This document shows positions 30,034 to 40,225 of a stretch of DNA of 64,000 nucleotides, in pieces. Position numbers and translations under genes: made by a program. The stretch comes from Candidatus Chisholmbacteria bacterium (lineage in GTDB: Bacteria; Patescibacteriota; Microgenomatia; UBA1400; Chisholmbacteraceae), in the NCBI GenBank assembly GCA_963704905.1, contig CAVPHZ010000001.1, forward strand, positions 323,438 to 387,437. Direction: 5' to 3'. Below the pieces are notes generated by a model, which ran no database searches, was not told the origin of the DNA, and saw only the letters and a program-made list of their open reading frames with translations. Each line of letters begins with the position of its first letter. The first letter of the stretch is position 1.

Positions 30034-31185
30034 ATGAAAGTAAATATCCTACAAGATAAACTCTCTAAGGGTCTGTCGTCTGTTATTCGAGTAGTGTCTT
30101 CAAGGCCTACACTTCCAATTCTCTCAAACGTTCTGATAGAGGCGAAGAGTGGAAGAGTGCTTTTATCAACAACAGATCTGAATTTAGGAATTCGATTGTG
30201 GCTAGGAGCAAAGGTTGAAGAGGAGGGAGCTGTTACTGTGCCAGCTAAAGTTATTAGCGATCTTGTTTCTTCCTTTTCACCATCAACTATTACTCTGTCT
30301 AGCGATGAATCATCTTTGAGAGTATCTGGATCTGGTCATCAAGCTCGATTAGCTGGCATACCTGCAAGTGAGTTTCCTTCACTCGGGAAAGTATCTTCAA
30401 AGAAAGGATTAAAAATTGAAACAAAGACTTTCAAACATGTTATAGAGAGAGTGGTTCTTTCTGCTTCTACGGACGAAACCCGTCCGGTGCTTTCAGGAGT
30501 GCTATGGAAATTTTCTGAAAAGCAGTTGCAATTAGTAGCTACAGATGGTTACCGTTTGAGTTTAGTGAACGTTCCTTATACAGGGAAGAGCTCACCCTCA
30601 ACGTGGCAAAAGATGGTAAAAGAAGTAGTAGGAGGAGGAGTTATCATACCTGCTAGAGCATTGAGAGACGTTGAAAAGCTGGCAGAGGAAGTTCAGGTTA
30701 AGGAAGTCGAACTAAGTCTTGCAAAGCAACAAAATCTGGCAGTTTTTTCTCTAGGAGATGCAGAGTTAACAACACGACTTATTGAAGGCACTTTCCCGAA
30801 TTTTACTCAAGTTATTCCAAAAGAAAAAGTAGGAGAGTCTACGATTGAAGTAGAGCTGCTTGAAAAGGCTGTGAAGACGGCGTCTATCTTTGCTCGTGAT
30901 AGTGCTAATATTATTCATTGGAAGATCGGCAATGATGCTTTGGTTGTCTCAGCGAACGCCCCAAGTTATGGGGAGAGCGAGAGCACTGTTGAAATTTCTT
31001 TAAAAGGAGAAGGAGGAAATATTGCATTTAATAGCCGCTATTTGATTGACTTTTTTTCAATATTTCCTTCTAAGAAAGTTTTGTTTCGAATGAAAGGAAG
31101 CTTGGATCCAGGAGTATTTCAGCCTGCTGGGAAAGAAAGAGAAGATTTTTTATATCTCATTATGCCTGTAAGAGTTCAAAAATAA
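30034..31185 (+). CDS. dnaN: DNA polymerase III beta sliding clamp
   Basis: 383 aa. MKVNILQDKLSKGLSSVIRVV...LPILSNVLIEA, and a three-domain clamp length. Confidence 0.9.
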   Translation: MKVNILQDKLSKGLSSVIRVVSSRPTLPILSNVLIEAKSGRVLLSTTDLNLGIRLWLGAKVEEEGAVTVPAKVISDLVSSFSPSTITLSSDESSLRVSGSGHQARLAGIPASEFPSLGKVSSKKGLKIETKTFKHVIERVVLSASTDETRPVLSGVLWKFSEKQLQLVATDGYRLSLVNVPYTGKSSPSTWQKMVKEVVGGGVIIPARALRDVEKLAEEVQVKEVELSLAKQQNLAVFSLGDAELTTRLIEGTFPNFTQVIPKEKVGESTIEVELLEKAVKTASIFARDSANIIHWKIGNDALVVSANAPSYGESESTVEISLKGEGGNIAFNSRYLIDFFSIFPSKKVLFRMKGSLDPGVFQPAGKEREDFLYLIMPVRVQK

Positions 31186-31219
31186 GCATATCGGTAAATG
31201 TTGACAAAGAAAAAAATGA

Positions 31220-33118
31220 TTAAAGGGGTTTTTGAGACTGTTGTTTTGGAACGGTGGCAGTTTGCATGGGTAGTTCTTCTTCCTGTTTCTTTTCAATTTC
31301 AAGAATTTCTTGGGGCTTAGTTGTAATGAGTTTGTGTTCTTCGCTTGAGGCAACAACCCTCATTGCTACGTGATTTTGACCAGCAAAAAAGAGTCCTTCG
31401 CCAATGTCAGCTGCCAAGAGAAGGTGTCTTTCTCCTTCAGAAAGGAAGAATGTTTCAGAGAGTTGTTCAATAGCTGCTGTTGATTGTTTGAAAAGAACTT
31501 GGATTGATGAGTTGGTTACTATTGCTTTTCCGTAGTCGGAATTGAGAAAATCTTCTACGTCTTGAGAAATGGTGGTCAGACCAAGATAATATTTTCTCGC
31601 CCGCTTGGCAATGGAGTAGAGAAATGTAGCAGAATCCTGGTTTTTCATTAAGTACCAAGCCTCATCAACAACAACCAACCTTCTTTTCATGTCTCTCTTC
31701 ACTTTTGTCCAGATATAATCAAGAATTATATACATAATTGTTGGTCTGGTTTCGTCTTCAACTTCTTTTAACGAGAACACTGTAAAAGAGTTTTTTAAGT
31801 CAACATTGCTTTGCTGGTCGAAGAAGCTTCGAAGTGATCCTTTTACAAACTTCTCAAGCCTATCTGCTAATCCTTTTGCAACTTGCTCTTCCATACCTAT
31901 AAGCGTTTTATAGAGATCTTCCATAAGCGGTGGTTCATTTCTTTGTGTAGAAGGATCTGGGGTGATACCCCTGGCTTTGTAGGTTGCAATCAGCGCCCGG
32001 TCAAGTATGGCTTCTTCTGAGGGGTTGACATCCCCAAGCATCACCTTTAACAACCCATGAAGAGAGAGAATTTTTAACCCCAGCTCATTTTCACCTTCTT
32101 CATAAACAGCAGATAAATCAAATGGGTTGAGTTTAGTTTGGGTGTTCAAGCTCAAGTTAATATAAGTGCCTCCTAGTGTTTCACACATCCTTTTGTATTC
32201 TTCTTCTGGATCGATGACAATTACCTCTGTTTCAAACATGAGAGACCGTAGTATTTCGAGTTTTTCAAAAAAACTTTTTCCAGATCCGCTTTTTCCAAAA
32301 ATTGCCATGTTTGCGTTTTCCATAGTGAAACGGTCAAAAATGATTAGTGAGTCGTTGTGTTCATTGATCCCATACATAATCCCTTCGTTGGCTGTTAATT
32401 CCGAAGAAGTGAAGGGAAAGGTTGTGGCGAGAGAGGTTGTATCCATGTTTCTGGTAACCACAAGCCGATCTTGGCCAAGAGGGAGTGTGGTTTTTAGACC
32501 TGCTTCCATCTGAAGAGTTGCTGCTTTTGAGATAATTAAGAGAGATCCAAGGGTGGATTGAACTTTTTTTGTCGTAGAATTTAATATTTCAAGAGAACTT
32601 GCACTTACTGTGATGTACAAACCAAACTGAAAGAAACGCTCTGCACCTTTAGCTAATTCTTGTTGGAGCCCTTTTGCATCTTCTAGTTTGATTTCTGTAT
32701 CTACGCTAGCGATATGACCGCGCTTGATGTCTGTTTCAATTTCAGCTTCCATTTCTCCAATTTTTCTTCGTAACTCGTCGAGAACTTCCCGACCTTCAAC
32801 GGGGTAGATAAACATAGAGATATCAAGAGAGTTTTCAAAGTTGATGAGGGGAGCCAGCCAGTTGGCGCTCACATACCTAGGATATCCAGCTACAAATAAC
32901 GTTCGGAGGAACATGTTTCCAACCTTGAGGTGATTGAAGTCAACGTCAATTGATTCCGGAGCAATGATGTCTTGAATTGAAACCATTCCGGATCCAAGTT
33001 GGTCTGCGGGATTTCCGGCATGTGCTTGTGGGGGGGTTGGATTTTGTAGAGTCTGTTCGCCGGCCTGCGTTTCCCTTTTTTTGTTTCTTTTTAGTGCATC
33101 TAAGATGTTTAAAGCCAT
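31220..33118 (-). CDS. VirB4/TrbE/CagE-family type IV secretion ATPase
   Basis: Walker A IFGKSGSGKSF, Walker B with the family-typical RLVVVDEAWYLM (DEAW), and a VirB4-like N-domain (LRTLFVAGYPRYV..WL). 632 aa. Confidence 0.6.
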   Translation of the reverse strand: MALNILDALKRNKKRETQAGEQTLQNPTPPQAHAGNPADQLGSGMVSIQDIIAPESIDVDFNHLKVGNMFLRTLFVAGYPRYVSANWLAPLINFENSLDISMFIYPVEGREVLDELRRKIGEMEAEIETDIKRGHIASVDTEIKLEDAKGLQQELAKGAERFFQFGLYITVSASSLEILNSTTKKVQSTLGSLLIISKAATLQMEAGLKTTLPLGQDRLVVTRNMDTTSLATTFPFTSSELTANEGIMYGINEHNDSLIIFDRFTMENANMAIFGKSGSGKSFFEKLEILRSLMFETEVIVIDPEEEYKRMCETLGGTYINLSLNTQTKLNPFDLSAVYEEGENELGLKILSLHGLLKVMLGDVNPSEEAILDRALIATYKARGITPDPSTQRNEPPLMEDLYKTLIGMEEQVAKGLADRLEKFVKGSLRSFFDQQSNVDLKNSFTVFSLKEVEDETRPTIMYIILDYIWTKVKRDMKRRLVVVDEAWYLMKNQDSATFLYSIAKRARKYYLGLTTISQDVEDFLNSDYGKAIVTNSSIQVLFKQSTAAIEQLSETFFLSEGERHLLLAADIGEGLFFAGQNHVAMRVVASSEEHKLITTKPQEILEIEKKQEEELPMQTATVPKQQSQKPL

Positions 33119-33132
33119 AATTGTTAACTCCC

Positions 33133-34107
33133 TTATTGCTCTTTAAGAGCGCTGTCTATTGTTGCTTGTATATTGTCTGTGGCTTTTGGTTGTTGAGCAG
33201 GATCTTGAGATACTATATGAGATTCACCTGATGTGGGTTGAGAAATAGCTGGCGTTTCATTGATAATTGATGACGTTTCAGGCTGGGGGGTAGGGAGTGG
33301 TGTGGGTTGGTTTGCGGGCGTAGATGTGCTTATTGGGTTTGGCGGAGGTGGTTGAGTTTTTGGTTGGCTCTCCTGGGGTAGTGGGGGTTGTTGTTGAGTG
33401 TTTATTTGAGGAACTTCTTGAAAGGCTACTGCAGGTTGAACGATAGGTGTTTCATATTCTTGGGGAGAAACTAATGTTTGACCTTGGGAGCTGTCTGGAT
33501 TGTATATTTCAAAAAGAAGCTGAATGAGCTCTTTAGTAGTGAGTTGTCTGGCTCGCAAACCAAGACGGGCAAGCTGATGTTCAACATGATCTCTTTTTGG
33601 TTCCAATGTCATTTTAGCTCGACCAATAATGTATTCTTTTGGGAAAGGAAGTCCGGTGTGACCGCCTTTTGCGATTGCTGTTGCCGACTTTGTAACTCCC
33701 AGCTCGAGAACAAAAAAAGGTATAACAATATAGAATTTTTTATCTAAAACATTTCTTTGACGGACTGTTTCCTCAATAAATTCCCTGTATTTTCTAATGC
33801 GTTCTTTGTTTTCTGGTTTTGCAGAGCGTAATTCCTGTTCCTCGAGCAACCTTTCATATCCAGTAATATCTTTTCTATTGCTTCTAATAAAAATCTGGAT
33901 AGGAAAGGTGAGTGAGTTAAGCAGAGCTGCGTAGGCATAAATTGTTGCGTCTTGCTCGGACTCAGATAAAAGACCAAAGTTCACCGCTGTGGTGGTGATT
34001 ATCATTGCAGCAGAACCATCTTTTAAAAGAATAAGATTCTCTGCAATTTCCTCGACATCGAGGTGTTGTTGAGTTGTAGATTTAATGACTTGTTTTGGGG
34101 CAGCCAT
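33133..34107 (-). CDS. hypothetical T4SS-associated protein with Pro/Gln-rich C-terminal tail
   Basis: 324 aa, immediately upstream of the VirB4-like gene. C-terminal 110 aa are low-complexity P/Q/T-rich. No motif recognised. Confidence 0.3.
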   Translation of the reverse strand: MAAPKQVIKSTTQQHLDVEEIAENLILLKDGSAAMIITTTAVNFGLLSESEQDATIYAYAALLNSLTFPIQIFIRSNRKDITGYERLLEEQELRSAKPENKERIRKYREFIEETVRQRNVLDKKFYIVIPFFVLELGVTKSATAIAKGGHTGLPFPKEYIIGRAKMTLEPKRDHVEHQLARLGLRARQLTTKELIQLLFEIYNPDSSQGQTLVSPQEYETPIVQPAVAFQEVPQINTQQQPPLPQESQPKTQPPPPNPISTSTPANQPTPLPTPQPETSSIINETPAISQPTSGESHIVSQDPAQQPKATDNIQATIDSALKEQ

Positions 34108-34119
34108 GCGTATTCTTTC

Positions 34120-35235
34120 TCAGGTTGCTTTAATTTCTATTGGTGGAACGAGATTCCCTACTAGATCGATTTTGATTATATCAAAGCTTTGTCCTTCGTG
34201 TTCAACTTCAATTTCATACATCCCGCTGGTTAGGGGGGTGGCGATAAAAAATTGTCCAAGCTTATTTGTCTTTAGTGCTCTGGCGACATTATTATCTTGA
34301 TCTCTTATGGTGAGAATGGCACCTTCAACAATACTACCAAGTTTGTCGACAACCATCCCAACCAATACATTTGGGGTGATTGGAGGAGTAGGAATGGGGA
34401 GTTTTGGTTTGATGGTTGCCTGGGTTGTTTTGTAGGGTTCTCTATCAATTTTTATAACCCCGGTAGGTGATAGTTTTCCAATATCATATTGTTTATCTTC
34501 CTCATTTTGACCATTAGCGATTATGACGGGCGGAACTGGTATTTTTTCAGCTTTTACAATATTAAGAGGTTCGGCAATGGGCATGTCCAGCTTTTTCAAT
34601 CCCGCTCTTGACCTCTTGGGAAGTATCACCTCTCCCCGCATAATTGCTTTCGGATTCAGAGGGGGGGATTTTAGTTTTCTTACCTTCACCTTCACATCTG
34701 CTGCTTGTTCAAGATCTTCAGCCACTTGTCGCTGAGGTTTCACTTTAGTTATGTGTGTCGGTTGGACTTCTGTATACATTTTCATGATGTCACTAACAAA
34801 ATGATTTTCCTTGTTGTCAAGGTTAGTTTGCGGTCCCAGGCTCGGTAGTGTTTCTAAATAGGCCTTAAGTTTTTTTCTATCACTTTGCTCAGTCTCAGTT
34901 TCTTCATATTTTTTTATTTTTACTGTTTCGAAAAATCTCGGCATGATTGTTTGTTTTCTCCAGACGAATTTGGTTGGAGAGTAGATGGCTTTAATGAAGG
35001 CCACCAACCATCTATCTAGCGGGCGTTCCTCGAGGGGTAGAAACGCAAACGCTACTCCCAAAAAAACAGAAAATATTATTAATGGCCAGCGGATGATGCT
35101 TGACACCGGAAGGGAATAAATAATCCAAGCGACAATGATGCCAGCGATAAGTTCGAGAAATTGCTTGATGGTCATGTCGCCAATCAAGCGAAAGTGGTAT
35201 GAGGAGATTTGTTGTGGAACTGGGTGTTGTTCCAT
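34120..35235 (-). CDS. membrane protein with two N-terminal TM helices and C-terminal beta-sandwich-like domain (possible VirB3-like anchor)
   Basis: The N-terminus has two TM helices separated by a short loop (IIVAWIIYSLPV...LIIFSVFLGVAFAFLPL) followed by PLDRWL, reminiscent of VirB3/PrgI-type proteins next to VirB4. C-terminal about 90 aa resemble a carboxypeptidase-regulatory-like beta-sandwich. Confidence 0.35.
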   Translation of the reverse strand: MEQHPVPQQISSYHFRLIGDMTIKQFLELIAGIIVAWIIYSLPVSSIIRWPLIIFSVFLGVAFAFLPLEERPLDRWLVAFIKAIYSPTKFVWRKQTIMPRFFETVKIKKYEETETEQSDRKKLKAYLETLPSLGPQTNLDNKENHFVSDIMKMYTEVQPTHITKVKPQRQVAEDLEQAADVKVKVRKLKSPPLNPKAIMRGEVILPKRSRAGLKKLDMPIAEPLNIVKAEKIPVPPVIIANGQNEEDKQYDIGKLSPTGVIKIDREPYKTTQATIKPKLPIPTPPITPNVLVGMVVDKLGSIVEGAILTIRDQDNNVARALKTNKLGQFFIATPLTSGMYEIEVEHEGQSFDIIKIDLVGNLVPPIEIKAT

Positions 35236-35331
35236 GATTATTGGTTTTGTACTTTCAATCTGTTCTACTTGTTTATCAAGTTCATTTCATTATAACAAGG
35301 GAGGAAGGGGTGGGCTAGGGCTGGTGGATGG

Positions 35332-36372
35332 CTACTCTGAATAGAGAAGCGGGGAATCAATGGCAGGCAGATAAAGCGTTGCATCCAACTCATCGGGGTA
35401 GGTTGTAGTTTTAATTTTTCCGGTAAAGAGAAACACTGGCTGGTAAATATTGTTTTTCAACTCGTCTGAAAAATAAGCAATTTCAACCCTCTCTATACTT
35501 ACATAGACTATATCATTGCTTTGCGGTTCATAATATTCTACGCTGGTTGAAATTAAACTTGCTACAGGTAAGGCAAGCCGCATTGCTTCAAAGGATTTAA
35601 TGGGATATTTTTTGTCGCTTACTTCATAGTTAATATCTTTTTTTAGCTTTATTTCTAAGGGGGTTCCATCCGGAAATATTGACACCGTGGTGAGTGAAAG
35701 ATTTGGTTCCAACCCAATTAATTTATATGGCTGATTACCAGATTTAAAATTAACGGTTGCGATGTTGGCATTTTCCTTTGAGGATCGTTTTAGGTCGTCG
35801 CTATTCTCAGAGAAAATATAACTTATATCGATGGGATTCGTTTCTTCGTCTGGATCAATGAAACCCTTTTTTATCATTGCATCTTTTGCGGTAGCGATGA
35901 TTTCTGTATCACGCTTCTTGTCAAACAAACCTTTAATTGGATATCCACCACCCAACGTGTAGTGTATTTCGTTGGTGATGCCAGAGATTGTTAGCGCATC
36001 TGAGAGCTGGACCCAAATATAAACATTTTCTCCTTGAGGACTTTGGATAATTCTTGGAGCTTCTATGAACCCTGCTCTTTTTGCAATGTCAACGGCTTGT
36101 TCTTGGGTTATGTTTGAAGAGTTACTCACCATTAGAAGTGGAAGCTCTTTTGGGAGATTAACATCTTTTTCGGTGAGAGCAAGCTGTATGGGGAAGAACC
36201 CACCAGTGAAGGCTGGAATGGTCGGTACTGCCTGAAGAAGCGGATCTTGTTGTAGGGGCTCTCCTGACGCTGGTTTATTAGATTGGGTGAATATCCACAG
36301 TAATATAGCAATGGTTGCGAGAAAAACGACGAGGAGGACGGTTAAAATGAATTTTCGATTAAATTTCATCAT
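35332..36372 (-). CDS. bitopic membrane-anchored extracytoplasmic protein, hypothetical (VirB8-like topology?)
   Basis: 346 aa. N-terminal TM (FILTVLLVVFLATIAILLWIF), rest predicted outside. No motif. Confidence 0.3.
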   Translation of the reverse strand: MMKFNRKFILTVLLVVFLATIAILLWIFTQSNKPASGEPLQQDPLLQAVPTIPAFTGGFFPIQLALTEKDVNLPKELPLLMVSNSSNITQEQAVDIAKRAGFIEAPRIIQSPQGENVYIWVQLSDALTISGITNEIHYTLGGGYPIKGLFDKKRDTEIIATAKDAMIKKGFIDPDEETNPIDISYIFSENSDDLKRSSKENANIATVNFKSGNQPYKLIGLEPNLSLTTVSIFPDGTPLEIKLKKDINYEVSDKKYPIKSFEAMRLALPVASLISTSVEYYEPQSNDIVYVSIERVEIAYFSDELKNNIYQPVFLFTGKIKTTTYPDELDATLYLPAIDSPLLYSE

Positions 36373-36384
36373 GTTGATTATAAA

Positions 36385-39300
36385 CTACGGGATTCTACTG
36401 GGATTTCCCGACGTATCTATGCAGGCAATTCCTCGATAATTGCAACACCCTCTTGGGAGTACAAATTCTGGAATATTTGGAGGTTCCATGGGCAGAACTC
36501 CCCCACGAACTTCATAATGCAAGTGGTTGTTTTCTGGACCCGTGCCGGTGTTTGACGTGTGTCCTACGGTGGTGCCGTAGTTTACAGGACCATTAGGCAC
36601 TCTAGTATCTGATCTAAGATGGGCATATCTGGTTGTAAATGGTTGTCCGTTGCATACCCCCGTTACATCGACATACGAACCATAATTACCACTGGAACCC
36701 TGAGCTGCAGTGCCTTGATGGGTGGCAATAACTGCGGCGCCGACAAGTTGTTGTGACGGTGTTTGTCCGAAAATATCGAGAGCAGATTCGAGGGCTCCGT
36801 GAGTGCAGATGCCTCGGTTCCCTTGGGTTATGCGGAGGAATGACATGCCAGCTGGAGGTAAAACCGGCCAACCAAACGGACAGTCATCAGGAGGGTTTCC
36901 AATCATGACACAGGCAACAGAGGTAGATGAATCCCTTCCCGCCACCGTATCGGCGGTGACTGTGAAATTATCACAGACAAAAGAGTCAGCGTATTGGGTT
37001 CCAAGATCGACAGCGTACGTCAGTGAATATGTGCTTCCATCAAGAATAGGAGTGAGTGGCGGGCTTGGTATGGTGGTAGATGGAGGTCCGGCGAGCAGAG
37101 GGTCCTGGCGGATGGTATAGGTGTTGTTGAAGGCGATGTTTGCAAGGTCGCTACCCTGGGCAGTAATGGTGACGGTGTAGGTTATTGTTGCTGGAAGATT
37201 GCTATTGCTTACAATTCTGTCTGGATTTGCATTTTTTACTACACCGATATACTGCGACTGCTCGGTTCCATACCCAGAACCTAGCCCGTACCCTAAATAG
37301 GGAATGACCTCTGTGGGTGGAACGTGAAACACCCCCAGCATTACCGTATAGACAAATAGAGCCATAACAATGACATAGCCAATAGAGCCAACGGAGGTAA
37401 GGTACAGCCAGCGGGGGGTGGTGTTTGATGTGGCCTCAAGCATTACCTGCTCGGCTTTGGCGAGGGATTTGGTGGAGGTTTTGAGGGTTTCACCGGCTAA
37501 TGCATTAACTGCACGAACTGCATTTGAGAATGCATTTTTGATGAGGTTGGAGGTTCCATTAATAAGGTTTGCAACCGGCCCTTCAATGAAGGTGTAATGT
37601 CTTGCAATATAGATGAGCTGCTTGCCGGTGGTTATTGGTTGGAGGATGAGATTTTTTGCTCCTGCGACAATGTTGGTGGCGAAATTTACAACTCCAGCTA
37701 CAACCGATCCAACCCACCCCAGTGCCGCTGATTTGATGGCTGTCCAAATTACTCTTCCTAAGCTTTTCCAAAACAACCTCATAACCAGCCAGCGCTTGAA
37801 TTTCTTGATGAGCTTTCTGCGGAATTCATAGCCGGCTTTTGCGCCAAACCCTCCCCCAGCTACACCACCAACTATTCCACCCAAAACGGCACCAATTGCG
37901 GTACCGATAACCGGGACCACAGAGCCAATCAGTCCGCCAACCAATGCTCCAACGGCTGCTCCTCCCGTTGCCCCAACAGCTGCTCCAGCTACAGTCATGC
38001 CGGTGTCGGCAACTGTTCCCATAAGACGAAGGCTGCCCTTTATCGGATCCCGAAGACCTTCTTTGATTGCCTCTTTATAATCCTTGGCAAGACCTTTTAT
38101 GGCTTGGAACATCTTCCCCAAACCTCTTTCAATTAGCTCTTGAGCAATAACAATTAGAATTCCAACGCCGGTTCCGGCTAGCGCGAGCTGCTCGATTTTT
38201 TTAACAAGTCCGCCAAGACCAACCTTAATGAGAGCTTTGGCTGCAAGTTGACCTAACTTGAGCATGAGTTTTTTGACGAGGCGTTTGATTGGATCGGTGA
38301 CTTTGCTGACTACCTTTTTTACTGCTGTTTTAGCCTTGCCATATACCTGCTTTATGGGAGTTGTTACCTTAGAAACAAGCTTTCTTACCGGGGAAGTTAG
38401 TCGTCTGGCTGCGGCAGACACCTTTGATCTGACTTGACGCACCTGTCTTCTGATTGGTGCGGTTAGTTTGCGAACCGCTTTGCGGACAGGTGCGGTTGCT
38501 TTCCGGTAAGCCATTTTAGTTGGATTGTTTATCCAGTCTCTGGCTTCACGGAATGACTTGATGTTCTTTTCGTCGAAGAGAAAGCCGTACTTTTGGGCGG
38601 CTTTACTATCAATTTTTCTAAGCGCCCGGGTGTCGATTTGGTCTTTATTGATATAGACGCGTTTTTTGGTTTTGGGATCGTAGACAGTGAAGGACTCGAT
38701 GGAGTCCAGTTTTACATCTTTTGGCCGTTGAATGCGGGTTCCATACTGGAAGGTTGGCATGGCGGCGTTGTCTGGCAGGTTGGGATCAGATTCTTTGGTG
38801 CGATTGTGAACTACAATTTTGATGTGTTTTTCACCGTTTATCTCAATCGGTTGTTTAAGATGAATGGTGGTTGGCTGACGGTCGTTTGATTCATCCGCCA
38901 CCGAGACTTCGACATCTTTTTCAATTTCATTTTTTACATGCTCTGAAAATCGCTCATATTTATCTAACACACTGTTGATCTCACCCGAAAGTCCTCCAAC
39001 TGATTGGGCTCTGCTTTTCAGTGATCCGCTTTCCATCACGCCGTCGGTTAGTTGTTCTTGCTGCTGACTTGAAAGATCATCGGTGTTTCTATCGATGGCT
39101 GTTTGGACCATGGCCCGCTGGGCTTCCGGTGATGGTTCGGCTCCGTTTCTTAGGGCTTCTTGGTCAACTTTGCTTCTTATGTCTCTGGCAATTTGCCGGC
39201 TGGTTTCCCGATCAATATCGTGTTGGTGCAACCTATCACGAATGTCTTTTTCCACGGTTTTGGTAGATGGAAGAGAGAGATCAAGGTCTTTGAGGTAGCC

Positions 39301-39729
39301 GGGTATTTCACCGAGAGCTGCTTGAAGGCTTCTTTGTTCTGCGGCGAGATCGAATGAGCCGGCTACGGCGGAGGCAACCTGTGCCCGACGGTTTTTTGGG
39401 AGGATCTCGTCGAATTCGACATTGTTTTGCGCATATTCATTGGCCGCTTTTAATACCGCTTCGCTTATACTTTCTCTGGTTAGGTTTTCTTTGGGGAGAA
39501 ATAAAGGAGTTCGTTGGGCTATCACATAGGCCGCTTTATGCGCATGGGAATCTCTGAATTCTTGGAGGAATACGGTCGAGATGTATGGTGTGGCAGCTTT
39601 GGCGTAGCCCGTTCTAATTTTCTCACCTATTCTGGTGAGGTTCTGATGCTTTTTTTTTAGCAGAGCACCTTGGTCTGCAGAAGCGTTTTGAGATGGTGAT
39701 GATGTTGTTGAGCTAGTGCTGTCCGGCAT
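36385..39729 (-). CDS. giant multidomain membrane protein: basic amphipathic tandem repeats, Gly-rich polytopic region, C-terminal M23-family peptidase-like domain
   Basis: 1114 aa. Residues 400-490 carry degenerate 11-residue-period repeats (TAPVRKAVRKL / TAPIRRQVRQV / TSPVRKLVSKV / TTPIKQVYGKA / TDPIKRLVKKL). A central region has many Gly/Ala-rich TM helices (VirB6/TrbL-like). C-terminus has ...HTSNTGTGPENNHLHYEVRGG, resembling the M23 (LytM) HxH zinc motif. Confidence 0.45.
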   Translation of the reverse strand: MPDSTSSTTSSPSQNASADQGALLKKKHQNLTRIGEKIRTGYAKAATPYISTVFLQEFRDSHAHKAAYVIAQRTPLFLPKENLTRESISEAVLKAANEYAQNNVEFDEILPKNRRAQVASAVAGSFDLAAEQRSLQAALGEIPGYLKDLDLSLPSTKTVEKDIRDRLHQHDIDRETSRQIARDIRSKVDQEALRNGAEPSPEAQRAMVQTAIDRNTDDLSSQQQEQLTDGVMESGSLKSRAQSVGGLSGEINSVLDKYERFSEHVKNEIEKDVEVSVADESNDRQPTTIHLKQPIEINGEKHIKIVVHNRTKESDPNLPDNAAMPTFQYGTRIQRPKDVKLDSIESFTVYDPKTKKRVYINKDQIDTRALRKIDSKAAQKYGFLFDEKNIKSFREARDWINNPTKMAYRKATAPVRKAVRKLTAPIRRQVRQVRSKVSAAARRLTSPVRKLVSKVTTPIKQVYGKAKTAVKKVVSKVTDPIKRLVKKLMLKLGQLAAKALIKVGLGGLVKKIEQLALAGTGVGILIVIAQELIERGLGKMFQAIKGLAKDYKEAIKEGLRDPIKGSLRLMGTVADTGMTVAGAAVGATGGAAVGALVGGLIGSVVPVIGTAIGAVLGGIVGGVAGGGFGAKAGYEFRRKLIKKFKRWLVMRLFWKSLGRVIWTAIKSAALGWVGSVVAGVVNFATNIVAGAKNLILQPITTGKQLIYIARHYTFIEGPVANLINGTSNLIKNAFSNAVRAVNALAGETLKTSTKSLAKAEQVMLEATSNTTPRWLYLTSVGSIGYVIVMALFVYTVMLGVFHVPPTEVIPYLGYGLGSGYGTEQSQYIGVVKNANPDRIVSNSNLPATITYTVTITAQGSDLANIAFNNTYTIRQDPLLAGPPSTTIPSPPLTPILDGSTYSLTYAVDLGTQYADSFVCDNFTVTADTVAGRDSSTSVACVMIGNPPDDCPFGWPVLPPAGMSFLRITQGNRGICTHGALESALDIFGQTPSQQLVGAAVIATHQGTAAQGSSGNYGSYVDVTGVCNGQPFTTRYAHLRSDTRVPNGPVNYGTTVGHTSNTGTGPENNHLHYEVRGGVLPMEPPNIPEFVLPRGCCNYRGIACIDTSGNPSRIP

Positions 39730-39816
39730 GCGTTGGGTTAATTTTGATCATCATAGCAAACTTCTTTGAGTGGTGGCTAGAGGTTGTCTGGTATACTAGC
39801 GGAAAGGAGCGGATAT

Positions 39817-40143
39817 ATGGACGAGCAAGGAACAGGTTACGTACCAGAATCAGCAGCTATCCCAGAATCGGAGCGGTGGAAATCATATGAGTTCATCGCC
39901 GAGAAGTTGGGTTTGTCGGCTGATCGGTTGCGAAGACTACTTAACACAAAGAAGGTTGATGGAAGGAAGATTCGAAAGACCCAACGCAATCCCGGGTTTC
40001 CGTTCCGATGGGTGACTACGGAGCGCAACGTGGCGAAATATCTTTCCAGCAAGCTGACGCCATCTGAATATGGGAAAAAAGGCGGTCGGCCGAGAAAGAC
40101 AGAGATCGGACGTCGGGGAGTGGTTTTTCAAGCAAGTTCGTAG
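39817..40143 (+). CDS. small basic protein with HTH-like segment (putative DNA-binding regulator)
   Basis: Start at the internal Met (MDEQGT), preceded by GGAAAGGAG. ERWKSYEFIAEKLGLSADRLRRLLNT resembles a helix-turn-helix. Very basic C-terminus. Divergent from the island operon. Confidence 0.3.
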   Translation: MDEQGTGYVPESAAIPESERWKSYEFIAEKLGLSADRLRRLLNTKKVDGRKIRKTQRNPGFPFRWVTTERNVAKYLSSKLTPSEYGKKGGRPRKTEIGRRGVVFQASS

Positions 40144-40225
40144 TATTTTCACGGTTGTAGTATCAAAAAAAGAAGTGTAACCTTGGTTGAAGAAAGTAAG
40201 TAATACTCTTGGGATTTATTAGTGG

